The notes under the pieces are model-generated. The model ran no database searches and was not told where the DNA came from. It was given only the letters and a program-made list of their open reading frames with translations. Positions 28,989 through 43,572 of a stretch of 64,000 bases of DNA are shown here, in pieces. The stretch is from Phoronis australis. Lineage: Eukaryota; Animalia; Phoronida. A program made the position numbers and the translations under genes. The stretch covers positions 255,969 to 319,968 of the forward strand of contig NMRA01000503.1 in NCBI GenBank assembly GCA_002633005.1, written 5' to 3'. Every line of letters starts with the position of its first letter. Position 1 is the first letter of the stretch.

Positions 28989-31376
28989 TTTTGAAACGAG
29001 GCAGCCATCCCGGCCTCTGGAAAAAGCAAAAAAGATATCCCACTATGTCATTTTAAGTCTTTCGCGAAGATTTGTCCTTCAAATAGTAGTGTGATCGCCC
29101 ACATCGCTGCATCCTAGCTAGATTCACCAGTGGTCTCATTCATGCCAGGCGCTATGTCCCAATCAAGATGAAACCGGAACTAGGCCCGGTACCCTCCAGC
29201 TTTAGTGCCTGTGTTCAGTAGTGTAGCGGAGCATAGAAGCACGTGCACTGGACGAATTACATTACCTTTTTCATTTTTAATAAAAAGACATTAACCTTTC
29301 GCTCGGTCATTTGACTAGAAAAAACTCCCTGGAAAGCGAGGTCAGAACTTCAGTTTTAAAACATAAGGTTGGTGAAACCGTAGAAAAATTCAAAAAATTT
29401 TGTAACTTCGGAACATTATTTTCGGAATGGCCAATCTGATTCAAACGAAACTTTATGGCAATATATTTTATGAGCTATTCTCCAGACATCTGCTTAGAAT
29501 TGTTACTAAAATGTTCCACTTTTACGTGAGGGGCTATGAGAGAATGGGACTTGTGGGATTTTTCTAAAAATTCAAAACTTACATGAAACAAAATACGAAA
29601 TTATTATTTAGAAGAAATATGACGCAGTTTTTCAGATTCCGCCCTGAGCCTCTATATCCGAAAAGAAATTCTTCCACTTTAGTTTACTGATACTGTTACT
29701 GAGTTATATACTATAGATTCGTAGATATTTGGCTAAACGTATGGACTTGACCATAAGGTTCCACAGTCTTGATCCTGAACACACACTTCTCGGCGTGTCA
29801 CAAACCAGCCATATCCATTTAAAGGGTACTAAACCCGGCTTCGGCCTATTAAAAGATATTGGAAACGACTTTCTTATACTGAAAAGTGGCCCTGCGGAAG
29901 CATGATGAACGACACTCGGAATTCCGTGTGTGTGGGCATCAGTGCGCATGCCTTGGTCGTAAGCATACCGATCACATCGCTACCACGTGCACACGCTTTT
30001 ATGCACTGTACTTGTTTGAGATTCAGCCACTGGATCGGGGTTCCCTTGATTTTGTTTACTTTTGGCGATCACTACCAGTTTTAATAAATTGCAACTATTC
30101 AAGTCAAAGGTGGTCGTCATAGGCCTACTACGTAACAGTAAACTGAATGGGTTTCCCAGATTTCAACCGATGANTTTTGAAACGAGGCAGCCATCCCGGC
30201 CTCTGGAAAAAGCAAAAAAGATATCCCACTATGTCATTTTAAGTCTTTCGCGAAGATTTGTCCTTCAAATAGTAGTGTGATCGCCCACATCGCTGCATCC
30301 TAGCTAGATTCACCAGTGGTCTCATTCATGCCAAGCGCTATGTCCCAATCAAGATGAAACCGGAACTAGACCCGGTACCCTCCAGCTTTAGTGCCTGTGT
30401 TCAGTAGTGTAGCGGAGCATAGAAGCACGTGCACTGGACGAATTACATTACTTTTTTCATTTTTAATAAAAAGACATTAACCTTTCGCTCGGTCATTTGA
30501 CTAGAAAAAACTCCCTGGAAAGCGAGGTCAGAACTTCAGTTTTAAAATATAAGGTTGGTGAAACCGTAGAAAAATTCAAAAAATTTTGCAACTTCGGAAC
30601 ATTATTTTGGGAATGGCCAATCTGATTCCAACGAAACTTTATGGCAATATATTTTATGGCAATATATTTTATGAGCTAATCTCCAGACAACTGTTTAGAA
30701 TTGTTACTAAAATGTTCCACTTTTACGTGAGGGGCCATGAGAGAATGGGACTTGTGGGATTTTTCTAAAAATTCAAAACTTACATGAAACAAAATACGAA
30801 ATTATTATTTAGAAAAAAAATATGACGCAGTTTTTCAGATTCCGCCCTGAGCATCTATATCCGAAAAGAAATTCTTCCACTTTAGATTACTGATACTGTT
30901 ACTGAATTATATACTATAGATTCGTAGATATTTGGCTAAACGTATGGACTTGACGATAAGGTTCCACAGTCTTGATCCTGAACACACACTTCTCGGCGTG
31001 TCACAAACCAGCCATATCCATTAAAAGGATACTAAACCCGGCTTCGGCCTATTAAAAGATATTGGAAACGACTTTCTTATACTGAAAAGTGGCCCTGTGG
31101 AAGCATGATGAAGGACACTCGGAATTCCGTGTGTGTGGGCATCAGTGCGCATGCCTTGGTCGTAAGCATACCGATCACATCGCTACCACGTGCACACGCT
31201 TTTATGCACTGTACTTGTTCGAGATTCAGCCACTGGATCGGGGTTCCCTTGATTTTGTTTACTTTTGGCGATCACTACCAGTTTTAATAAATTGCAACTA
31301 TTCAAGTCAAAGGTGGTCGTCATAGGCCTCCTACGTAACAGTCAACTGAATGGGTTTCCCAGATTTCAACCGATGA
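28989..31376. repeat. Near-identical 1.2-kb direct duplication (28989-30173 / 30175-31376) joined at a single N
   Basis: Copies differ only by scattered SNPs and small indels; N at 30174 is exactly at the junction. Confidence 0.9.
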
Positions 31377-32520
31377 GAATGACTGAATGTAATGACGTCG
31401 TTTCATTACTTTAACCAATTATTGAGAAGCCATGTTAAACAAATCAACAGTGCTACTTGTGAAAGAGTGTAAACTTTTACTTGAATCCTGCTCAAGTGGG
31501 ACGCCATTAAGTTAACACACGAGGTGACAGAACGAGGAATGGTTGAAATCACCAAAACAAGGTTTAGTATGCTACGCATTTAAGGAAGGTGTCTTTTAAC
31601 ACAATCTTCTGTGAAGGGCCTAAGGGTTAGGGAAATTGCAAAAGGGTCAACTTCTTCAGAAGGGTTTCAAATTCCCTGCCGTGATGTAACTTAGCTGTTG
31701 GGATTAAAAACTAAACAGCGGGATTAGGGATTAGGCCTATGCCATGGGAACAAACCTCCACCATTACAAAATGGTGACCTACCTTTCATAGAAGCTTCCT
31801 ACAAATGAGTCACTTTTAATCATGCTAATTCCAAAAAGGATGGGCTTTTATCGTGGGTATTCTAACTTCCCAGCAGCGCCCCCTCGTCTAAATAGTGGAG
31901 CACTTCCCCCCGAACAATCTTGCACGGTCTCTGTTGCATTCCATTTGAAATCGGAGCTGCTGCTTACTAGGTTTGTCGTCATGAAAAAAAAAATACAAAT
32001 AAAACCATGCAGATACAGCCCCAAAGTCAGTCCTCATTGCCCACAAGCTTGTAGTGATCTCGAACACGTGCCCGAAACATCCATTTCGTAACGGTTGATT
32101 GACCAACAGGCTTGTCGGTTGTTACCATACAGCAAACAAAGAACAACAAATACTGACTAAATATACTGAATCATAAACACCACATGTTTATAAATTGTAT
32201 ATATTTAACTAGCGTTCCATTCATATACGTTTTCCTTGAAGCGGAAATAATCATGTTTCGAAAAAAATACATCTTGGTGGGCATATGCACTGGCAAATTG
32301 CGCCCGGCCTCTATAATAATATAATACCCTGGTTTTCTACAGGTAAAATCCCGAAGGTTGATGTTTCTTGCATTGGGAACACTTTAAAGTGGTAAGACCT
32401 ATCTCACATCTCTATGCAACGTGTCACACTCAGTGTAAATACTATGTACGCACAATGTCAGCATTGGCTTATTTAGTAAATGCGTGACAAGTGCGTTTCC
32501 GTATTCTAGCCCCTTACGTC

Positions 32521-35500
32521 TTAACGCTGTACAAAGCAAATCTCGAAGTCGTATGGAGAGTACGTAATTCCTAACTTCCCATCGGTTCGTGGTAGCTCAG
32601 CGCCACCTGGCAGCTGGATATCAAAATTTTGTAAAATTGAAGTTGTGAAAAGAAATAGCTCCATTTTCGCCAAAGACTTTCCAATGCACGACCGTGGACC
32701 TGAAATCAAACAGAGGGCGGAATTTGTTAATGGCTAGCGACGATGTCTATGAAAAAAAATACGAAGACGTGCCACAGATATGCGACAAACAAATTGAAGT
32801 CAATAGCCAAAATGCGAATCATCCAAAAGCTGTTACATTGGAAAGCCCGTGAAGGGCATTTCTTTTCTCAGGAAACACCACGAGACAAATGTCTTGAAGC
32901 CATATTTGGAGTAAGTAAAACACGTGTTTAAAATTTTACTAGAGATTGTAGATCAAATTTAGGGGTCACCAAGTACGATCTTGGACAAGAAACCCTTCTA
33001 CCCGGTACATAAAACACAATGTATTCGAGAACGGAATAATTGACACTAGTCTTGACTAGTTTCTCACAAAAGTAGAATGAAAAATGCTTAAAATAATTTC
33101 GAGTCCGATTACGAGTACAAAGTTTAAACCCCAGCACCTGATAATTTCATCAGACCAATCATCTCCGGGATTTTTCCCCGTCTAACATGCTTCAGCAACA
33201 ACCTCGTTTTGGGATTTCTTGCAATTTCCACCGGCACCAGTCGATTTTCAGACCGATTCGACCAGTGCAGCACCCATTGGTCTCGATAAAAGGTTTTTCA
33301 TTATTTTTGGGAGGGGAGCGTTTCCGGCTGATATCTAGATAACCAATTGATAGATTTCAAAAGAACTGAACACAGAGGCACGCGACGGCACTGCTCCGGG
33401 TCCAGTTAATTTTCGGGCGAACTCATCCACTGCAGCACTACCTAGTGTTCATTTTGTCCAGCTGTCCTGTTGTCCAGTGGTCTGCTAGTTATTGCAAAAG
33501 TCCCTGGTCGTACTTTGATGAAATTTGGCACTGATAATGGTGCATGCGTTGTAGGCCATGGGGCGGTACTTTTCAGTATTTTTGGGGAAGAGCGTTTCCT
33601 GGTAGAGAACTCACTGACAGATTTCAACGAAGCTTTAACACTGAAATATGTGATGGCAAATGTGGTGGTACCAGCCGATTTTCGGGCGAATTTGACTTGT
33701 ACTGCAGCAGCAAACCCCAAGCGGCCTTTCCATTTTGGAAATGATGGCAGCTACCCGCCAAGTTCGAGTGCATCAAGTAAGTGCTATGTCCGTTATATCA
33801 TTTTGTGTCTATCTTTGTATCTGCCAAAGTTCATGACTGTTCTTAACAGAAAGAAGTAGACTAGACCTGATGATTTTTGGATGCCAAGTGCTGTGTCCCT
33901 TTGTGGCATGTCTTATATGTTGAAACTGTTCATTTTTGAACCTTTTGATTTGTCGCTTGTTTTAAAAGGTAACATTTTGTCCTACACTTTTTGTCAAATC
34001 TGACTATTGCAACTACCACTTGTGGTCAAATCTTCTCTTTGTATCTTACATGAAATTGATAAGCATTAGAAACATCCATTTCATGTGATCTGTGGGCGCA
34101 TATCAAGTCTTCGCATTGCTCTTGTTGCTCTTCGAATTACAACTCGTGCCATTTTAGTGGGAATTGAAGTTACGTTTTTCCGTATTTGCGATACAACCAT
34201 TACAACACTGACATTGCGCAGCGCTCCGTCAGTACAGGTACTGAATAAATGGTCCCAACTACTTACCAAGCCCAAAAGGAATAAAGTGCTCTGGTAAGAA
34301 GAATTTATCCTCATTGTCTAAAAATCGAACGGGGTCGAAAACATGTGGGTCCCTCCACAGTTTAGGGTCAAAGTTCACCGCTCCGAAGTTCTGCACAATC
34401 GATGTACCCTTGGGTATGGTGTATCCTCTTAGTTCGACTTCTTCTGCTGTGCAGTGCATCATTCCTATGTTTCCAACTTTCCCCATCCGCTGACACTAGA
34501 AATACATAAACACAGTAAATCTTTGGGTATGCCTATCAGTCATAAACGATTTAGTCAAAACAGTACTTGACACAACGTTTATACAAACAAAACTTTATTT
34601 CCAACAGAACTTTTCTTATAACATTATATTTCCATCAGGCAATTTTAGCTCTGCAAACAATAAAATCGTTAGGTAATTCGTATACCTCCGCAAGCATTGC
34701 TTGACAGAAATTCAAGTTGGGTTTATCATTCATCGATGGCGGTCTGTCTGGGCCGACAACAGTGAGAATCTCGTCACGTGCCTTTTGGCAGACTTCAGGA
34801 TGTCTAAGCATAAATAACATTATCCAACGTAGATCTGTCTGTGTTGATTCCGTTCCTCCAATAAAAAGTTCCGTGAGAACTTTCAGCATTTGTTTATCTA
34901 TAACGAGAAAGTTTGTATCATTTTCACATTCAAAACGTAATACTTTTTACAAAAACGTAATGTTAACGAAGAAGAGAAATAACGATTGTAATAGCTAGAT
35001 CCGTATGTGCTTTCAGTTTAATAAACCACTCTCCAAATAAATAAAAAAAATCATAATTTTAAAGGATATCTTTTTGAAAAGCTTAGAAATAGACTCTGAA
35101 ACAAACGAACAACATAATGTTCACTCTACCAAGATCAGACTGGATGACACTACCTTCACCTCAAATGTCGCACCGAAGATTACGATTAGACAGTAGCAGT
35201 GGTGTGTTAACGGAAATAATTATATAGCGAAGAAATCAACTGAACAGTGTTGCAATATTCTCCAGTCGGATTCACGAAGTCATATGCAGGGCTTGCCCAA
35301 AGATCCGGACATTTATCGGCTCGGTGTCGCTGGGAATTTTCTCTGGCAGTTCCCACACAGAAGACATACAACACGCCCTTTCATATGAACACTGGCGTAG
35401 CTAGCCATGGGGGCACAACGGGTCCATACTCCCGCTGTTCATTACAAAAAAACCTCCCCCGATTGAAACTCATTTCAATTTTGCGTTTAACCCAACCTGT

Positions 35501-37289
35501 CCATTGCAAAGTGTCCTCAGGTTGACATTCATTTCACCCCCTTTCCTGTAGCCAACAATTTCGCGTTTGGCTATGCCAATGCACTACACCCATTTAGTGT
35601 GTACGAGTGCAAACAAGCGTTTGCAAGAAATGCCACAACTAGCAATGTTGATTGTTAATTTTCTACTTGCAAATATAGACATAAGTACTTTTGTATCAAA
35701 ATAGTACCGATTAAATGGCTGTTTTACCTGTAAAATTTGAGGCATGTTTTCGGTCAGACATTTCAAGCAGATACGCATCTATAAAGTCTCGCACATTATC
35801 ACCGTCAAAGCTCCGTTTGTGCTCCTCAATTATTCCACATAACATGGTTTCAATGTCCTTTATGCTACCAATAATTTTGTTATAATTTAGTAAGTCTCCA
35901 GGTATAAACTTGAATGCCGTTAATATGGGGAAAATATCCATCAAAGCAATATGCTGAGCAGTTGAGGAGAACGTTCCCATGCAATTGAGAATTCGCACCA
36001 TGTTTTCGTCGCCATATTGAAATCGTCTTCCCAGTACCACCTGGCAAATGACGTTGCAAATAGCGTTGCCGAATAAGGTTTTGGGATTCATCGATTTGCC
36101 ACCATGCGTCTTGAGGCATTCTACGAAGGTGCGGATCTCTTCTGCAATAACGGGTTCAAAGGTTAGCTTTCCTAAGCCAAATCCATGCAGCTGATTTACA
36201 GCAAATTCTCTCTGCTCTTGCCAAACCAGACCGTCGTTCATTACGATTCCTGTAAAACATGTTCGATGGAATGAATATAGCAAAGACCAATGTAACCTTT
36301 ACGACATAACGGTCTCGGCCTACTCAAAGCAGTAATTAACCCGCCTGGCTTCAACTGTTTTGAATGAAATTGATCTCAAAATAGTCCTTTGTCATAGTCG
36401 ATTTCAGAGTTTAGAAAGAACTGTCGTTTCGCTTTATTTAAGACCACATAATATAAGTTGCATGACTTGTTACGGCGTCAATTTATGAGGAACTGTCAAT
36501 TCTTTTCAATGTGAATCTAGCCAGTTTAGCAGTAAGTGGTCTGAATAATTCCTAAGTTGTTTTTTGACGGCTTTGGGTTTATAGCAGTGTTCTCACGTCG
36601 ATATAGAAATCACAATTAAGATGCATCAACCGAAATTCCGCGTATAAGCTTAAAGGAATCTGCTGTAAATGTCACCATTACATACAAATTAAAGGCTGTG
36701 TGACAATTGCGCACCCTCAGACTTGTGTTGGGGTTTTGTGTTGAAAGGGTAGGCCTATTGTGACGGGGTGTTGTGATGAGCGGGTATTGTGTTGAGCGGG
36801 TGTTGTGATGAGCGGGTATTGTGTTGAGCGGGTGTTGTGTTGAGCGGATGTTGTGTTGGGTGTTGTTTTGAGGCGTTGCGTTGACGAGTGGTGTCCTGTG
36901 AAGTGGTGCCATCTATCGTTCATTAAAATCCAAACTGACCTACCATGATACTCGGCGATATCCCGCCTTATCAAGTTGTGCGGCCTGGCACAAAAAGAAC
37001 GCCCTTTCTTGACATAGGCCTCTCTGATGACTCCATAAGTATTAAGAACCACATAAGGTTTACTACCGTAATACAAAGTAAACACATCGCCGTGAACCTG
37101 TCCGATCTTGAGCAGCGTCTGCGCAAGCTGTCCCTTCAGTATATGAAGGTTACCGATGATAGGGAAAGGCCTCGGTCCAGGTGGAAGCCCGCTTCGTCTT
37201 TTGACTGATGAGAAAACCAAATATACCGTCACTAAAAGCAGTAGGAGCAGCAACAGAGTATGAGGCTCAAGCGTCGTGTAATAGTCCAT
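32521..37289 (-). CDS. Cytochrome P450, clan 2 (CYP2-like), 5 exons, 495 aa
   Basis: Exons 36944-37289, 35728-36249, 34686-34897, 34267-34495, 32521-32699; total 1488 nt, in frame. N-terminal membrane anchor plus PPGP, WxxxR (WQEQR), I-helix LFIGGTEST, ExxR (ECQR across a splice), PERF-like FDPVRF, heme motif FGLGPRSCIG. Confidence 0.95.
35390..35581. mobile_element. MITE in CYP intron 2
   Basis: cactggcgtagc ... gctatgccaatg imperfect TIRs. Confidence 0.55.
36760..36875. repeat. Degenerate GT-rich minisatellite in CYP intron 1
   Basis: Repeats of gagcgggt(g/a)ttgtg(a/t)t. Confidence 0.75.
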
Positions 37290-40178
37290 CGTGACCTACG
37301 CAGACCTTGTCACAAATAGCCGACTACATCGATAAGGAATTCTACATCCGGGCCGGTAACATACCTCACTTTCAATCTAGGTCTACTACAAGTATAATAG
37401 GCCTACACAACAAAAGGAACACGCTATACTAGCACGCAGGTATCACTTAATTTTCCGCGGTAATTTTTTTACACCGGCGTTTCTGATTGGCTAGTCGAAT
37501 TCTCAACAGGCAGCGCTTTGCGCAAACTAGCATGGCTGATGGACTGAAGTGTGTGGTCTGTTGTACAGACAAATCGGTGCTTAAAATTTATGTTCAGGAA
37601 ATGTGAAGCTTAGAAATTGTGACTGAGCCTTTTCGGAATGCATCTTTCTACTGTCGATGACTTTTGTTTACGATAGTGTCCTTATACAGTATGAATAACA
37701 CACCGGTTAAATCGGCCACATAATATGTGTTTATTGTGCATGTATGTGCTTCAAGCACGAGGCTATTAAATATCACTGCAGAAACGAAATAGTTGCTGCG
37801 ACGCTACTTGCATCAAGGCTAAAAATCGTTCACAGTCCGCCATTTTTTCACGGTGTTATAAAGCTTACCAATGACTGTCAAGATTACATCGACCAATGCT
37901 AAAGCGCGAGCAACTGCGTGATACCTGCGTGCTGGCTGGGCTAAGCACGCAGGGAACCAGCGAGGCTATACCCTCTGACACAGCGCCACCTATACTGCAA
38001 ACTTTAGCACTGTGATAGAGTGTAGGCACGCTAAGGAACCAGCGAGCACGCTATGACGTTCGTGGGCATTCTGATAGATGGCGCGGGAAGACACCGAGGC
38101 TTCATTTCTCAAAATTTCCAACCCGGTTGGAAAATTTGAGGTTATCTCATACTTGAAGCGTTTCAAGTTTTTTCAAGAGTGGCTCCCAAAGCGTATTTCG
38201 CTGGTACATTCCAGAACGGTCAAATAATACGACACGTAGAGAAATTGACTCAGCAGAATGTTTTTGTTTTTTAAACAGTTTTATCCCTGGTGTACGATTA
38301 TTTCCTGCAGCACTATTTACTTATCAACAACCTACATGGCATTGAAATCACAACGACTTCTTAGTTGATTCATTGCAGTAATGTTGGACTTCACGGATAT
38401 GGTTAATTTCCCTCCAAGGTCATCAAATCTGACTCCGAGAGGCAAATATTGGTTAAAAAGAATCTTCAATCTGAAATAGTGAGATTTTCATTCTCAGGTC
38501 TCCTAAGACACACTATTATAGTGACCTCACTGTACCAGTGGTTAAAGGCGGGTTACCTGATATCCACTCGCGGAAAAAGTGCGACGCCGAGTTCAAGATT
38601 GCCAGATTTGATACTCATGCACGCCAAAGGTGTGAATAATGATATAGGTGTTCTGTGTCATTACAAATCTGTCATGAATAGACTGTAGTAGTTATACACA
38701 CGTTTTTGTTTGTATATTTCCACTCATTGTGCTTGTTTCCTCAGTTGGATGTCATGACCCCTATTTTTCTTAGTATTAATTGTTTGTCACCATGTGGTCG
38801 ACTGTTCTAACATGCTTTTTTACATTATTTTACCTGAATGAACTTTGACGAAAATGAATGGAAATAGTTCAAGTGCACCACTCATAATATTCCAGTTTCT
38901 TCAGTGTCGAAAAGATTCCTGACGTGTTCCGTGTTTAAAAATTCTCATCATGTTTATGTAAAACCTTGTCGACAGGTTAGTGCATTTAGCGACATATCTA
39001 CAAAACTATAGATTTTGACTTAATAAAAATATATATTTTCTGAAAGTGCAAAGTCTATAGAGTTAGATTTTTGTATTTTTATTAGTCTATTATTAATTGG
39101 GTAACGTGACCATGTCCTTTATTTAAAATTTAACAACAATGCAGGAATGTAGATGGCAAAACAACGGTATCACTGAATAACACGATAATTTTTTATTTGG
39201 TGTATATCAAAAACGCTGTTACAGTTTTCTAAAGTATCATTTCACAAAAGTCCTATATTTGATAGCCTTTCATGCAAACGTGGAAATTTTTAAAAACAAT
39301 CCCCAACAGTGTTTTTGTGAACAGCGCATAAAGCATAATATCTTAAAGGTTCATATGAATCCGATCAGCCATCTCTGAGATATGATGTTACTAAATCAGC
39401 CAAATTTGACCATTTTTATGGGGACCTAGGTCCTACCGTAGGCCGTGGATGAAACTGTTCATTTAGAACTGAATGGCAGTAGTGTAGCGCAACTAACGAG
39501 GGACCTGATTTTGAAAATGACTTGGCACTGGAACACTAAATCAACATTTGTAGATTCACTCTATGTGACTGAACAGGAATCAACAGACCCGTCAGATGCT
39601 GAAATCATTAGGATAATGTCAAGCTCGTTTGGCACCCCATATAAACTGTAAAAACGTTTCAAATAAAATTGGTTTCACAGTTTCCTACTTGCTTTTCTTT
39701 GAAAAGAATCCTGTAGGTAGGACACCCACTTCGGTTGACATTTATTAATTACTAGTATGAAAAAATAACGTATTCCCTCCAGACGACAAACGATATGTAG
39801 GAGGGGCAGACTAAATAAACGATTAACATCAGTTGAATAGCATCAGTGTACTTTATTAGCTTGACGATAAGTTCACTCGACACATATATTGTCTTCCAGG
39901 CAACATTATGTATAGACATCCACGGCATATACTGTCGCACCCGGCACCTATTGTCGCCCAGGGGACGACAACACGTGTCTAATGAGACATCATGTGCTGT
40001 TACTTTGTGATGCTTCTAACATTATCGAAATTGTATTCCTGTGAATATGTAGGCCTGCGCGATGCACTCTGTAGACCAAAATGAACGCATGAGCGAATTC
40101 AAATTTGAAGAGGGCGGGCCGGATATGCGGATCCAAAGTGAGGGAAAATATAAACGTATAAAATGCGACTTATATCAT

Positions 40179-40424
40179 CATTGCCGCACCCGGGGGGGGG
40201 GGGCGGTGTCTCGAGGGGCTCCAACGAGCCCCCCATTTGGCGAAGTGAGCAAAAACGTCCATCTCAGAGAAACAAAACGTCAGAGAAAACGAGACAAAAT
40301 CCACTAAAAAGGCGCCAATGCAAAATTCATAACTCTGAACGTGGTACCTCGTTTTTTTGTTAGTGAAGGGTCCGCATTGGCAAAAATTCGAACCCCCCTA
40401 TATTTTAGGATGGGTGCGCGCATG
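40179..40424 (+). mobile_element. MITE family A copy
   Basis: atcat|cattgccgcaccc ... gggtgcgcgcatg|atcat: 5-bp TSD. Confidence 0.8.
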
Positions 40425-40833
40425 ATCATAACACACGTGTCTCATATTAGGTAGCCTTCAATATCACAAAAAGTCAACCTGTTCCGGTAATGGTAAAAAT
40501 TCACCAAGCCCGTAGCCAGCATCGCGCGGGGTGGTTCGAATTTTTAGAACGACGGACCTTTGATATCCTACAAACGTCGACAGTGTAGAGTTTTCGATAA
40601 GACCCTTACGCAGCTTAATTAGGGGGATGGAAATTTGTATACACAATGATGACTCTCAGCTCTCTGTTCATGAGATGAGACGGAATTCGCAATACCAGAA
40701 ATCAAAGTGAGGCTGCCGTGACGGTTGCTCGCGAAGAACGGAACTCAAAATTAATTCGGATATAATGTGGTTCAGAAAGAGAACGTTCTCGCGTAACATT
40801 CTGCCAAACTTTCAAAGCAGTCGTACTCGGACG

Positions 40834-40986
40834 CATGGGCGGGGCACCATAGGGGACTGGGGAGGGTGTTGGGGCTGTAGCCCCCACTTTTTTAGTGCTC
40901 CGGCGTCCATGGTCTATGGATGGTGCACCACAGGGGGGGTTGTGGGGCTATAGCCCCCCACCTTTTTCAGTGCTGCGCTGCCCATG
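40834..40986. mobile_element. GC-rich MITE (family C) with internal duplication
   Basis: ggacg|catgggcgg ... ctgcccatg|ggacg: TIR plus 5-bp TSD; internal ggggctgtagccccc hairpin unit occurs twice. Confidence 0.75.
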
Positions 40987-43358
40987 GGACGGAAACATTT
41001 AGTCGGAGGATGACTTGACGAAAGTTTTTATCTGATTGTATTTTTACGTGTTACTTTAGTTGCTTACATCGCTGGAAATAGGAACACTCCACTATTTCGA
41101 AGGTTCACTACTCCGAAGGTTCACTATTCCGAAAATATCTAAAAATTCGAACTCAGGTGTAATTTTACACCGTACATGCAAAAACTAACGATACTTCGGT
41201 TATTAGATGCACTGAGTGATGTACCTATACCGAAAACAACGCCGGGTACCACTACACTTTGTTTGGATTTTATGAGCATGCGAAATTGCCCGCACGTCCT
41301 ACGAATACGGAAAATGAGTACATACTTGCATTTTTTTAAAGAAAATGAAGTAGGAATAGTGATGAATTATCAATCGCGATATATCTATCACTGAATTCCA
41401 TTTCAAAATCACATCCGATTTCACAGCGCGACTGAAAAGTTTTTATCAGGTCAATAGACCTACTTTTGCTCGTAATGTGAACATATTCACGTTAGTTAAA
41501 CTTTGGATTTTGAGCAACGACGGAGAACTGCCTATTATGAACTTACCGTCGGCGTGTACTAAATTTTCAAGAACGGAAACCCACAGATGTGTATACGCTT
41601 GCATGTCAATGCACCAATCCACAATCAAAGTGGACACTGGATGAACAAAATAGGCCTATTTGACGATCACTTTCAATTCGAAATTTGAAAATGCCTGCAC
41701 TTTACCGTACTATGCTAGCAAGTATGCCAAAATAGCAGATAAACTTATTTTCTGCTCTTTCGCTTCTTGGTCGCCAAAGGCATTCACACCGCACTATTTT
41801 TTGGAGCTCTCTCGCAGTTATATAGCTTAGCTATGTATAGACATTTACTTCTAGACTCCCGTGTTGCCCTATGTTGTAGCCACCACGCGCGTTCAATGCC
41901 GATGAATAACATAAAGCCTCCTCTAATTGTCTGCACGATCCTGTCATCTGCGTAAACACCACTCGGGCGAAGTTGGCCCGGATACGGCCCCGATGATAAC
42001 GTGAAGCGCTTAGAACCAGAAGCAAATTCACAATTATTAGTAACTTAAGTCACCAGTGACTGCAACAATTTTTGTTATTGTACATCTATATCCTGTCTCC
42101 AACGGATAGGGTGGACCCGAACCTTTTCCGCGGTCGATCGAACCCCCTCCCCCCGGCCTGTAATATAAATCAAAAGTTCAGTAGGAAAGCGACATTTGTA
42201 ACGGTAGTGAATCAAACAATCCTTTCTGGGATCAAAATGCCGTCAATAATGGGAATGAATCGCCTATTGGAGCAAAAACGTATCTGGGATTGACTTTCCG
42301 CCGTCTGGTCAAAGTGCTAAGATTCCTCTGTGTTAATCTTTATTATCAGTGTATATGATGAACTTTCAACAACCCCACGGAACATTTGTGATCAGTCTAA
42401 GGCAGATTTCCAAACATTCTTCCATGTTCAATGCGTGAACTTTCTGAACGAGGCGACGTAAATTTGCAGATGTCTGTCGGACACCGCTTGTTTTAACTCG
42501 ATTCTTCGTTATAAATCTGATCTAACACCAGTAAAAACAGGTCCAGCATGGTAGAAAAGAAAAATTACTTTCCAATAGACATTTGGTTAGTCGTGACGTT
42601 TCAGCATGTTCTTGAATGTGTAATCCCTATGCGTCAAATCATGTCAGAGTGAAATTTTACTTTAAGTTTTAGAACGTGTTTTACAGTGTTGACGTACTTT
42701 TTGGTTTTCTTAATTTTCTTCGAAGCTGAAATAACGAATATCGACCTTTCCAGGAAGAAGAATGCGGCAGCACTCTAAAAGTTTTGAGTGTTGACTGAGC
42801 TAAAGTTATGATTTGTAATGAGTTACGTAACAACGAATGCAGATCAGGGGCCGAGGTGGAAAACTCGAGGTTGAGACGGGCAGAATAACACAGGACGAAA
42901 TTTTAATGAAGTTGGTCAGTTACGATGGGGCGCAGGGTGAATTTGTGGTGTTTGAATATGCTTAGGTGTCTCTGATTCTTTTCCTTCCTATGCAGATGAC
43001 CAGGTACAGGATCTGGTCAAACTGCACGGGCGGACTTTAGGGGACGAAGAGGATTTTCCCCAAAGTTCCAATTCACGAAATCATTTTGCTTCAGGGCACA
43101 AGCTCTGAAAACTCCTAAACCTTTCTGAGGGGTTCTGGTGATTTCTGAGATCCATCGTCGGTAGACTAGAAAGGTGGTCCGTTGTCGGGATTTCCCCAGA
43201 GCGTGATCGGTCAACTGAGCTCACAGAAATCCAAGGGAAACTTGATTTACCCATGGATCAACGGAAAGCGACGAAAACGAGCCAACAAAAGGACTGCATC
43301 TCGATTCTACTTTAACTTTCATTGAGCAATCGCACAAACTGTATTCAATAGCCAGTAA

Positions 43359-43572
43359 CATGCGCGCACCCAGCCTTCAATATGGAGGGGCTCGAATTCC
43401 TGACGTTGTGGACCTTTTGGTAACAAAAAAGCGGGCGGACTAAAAAAAATAAAAAAGGGGGCACCACTGTGAATTGCGCGTTTGTGCTTGTTTAGTGTAC
43501 TTTTGCCTCATTTTCTCAGATTTTTTGTCTCTCAGAGGCGGACCTTTTNGAGCCCCCCTGGGTGCGCGCATG
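43359..43572 (-). mobile_element. MITE family A copy (reverse orientation, contains a single N)
   Basis: Perfect 15-bp TIR catgcgcgcacccag / ctgggtgcgcgcatg. Confidence 0.8.

Noticed and set aside
43083-43256. Short minus-strand ORF (MGKSSFPW...) and perfect kB-like GGGATTTCCC at 43187-43196
   Set aside because: No recognisable homology or splice context; a single 10-mer is expected by chance in 64 kb.
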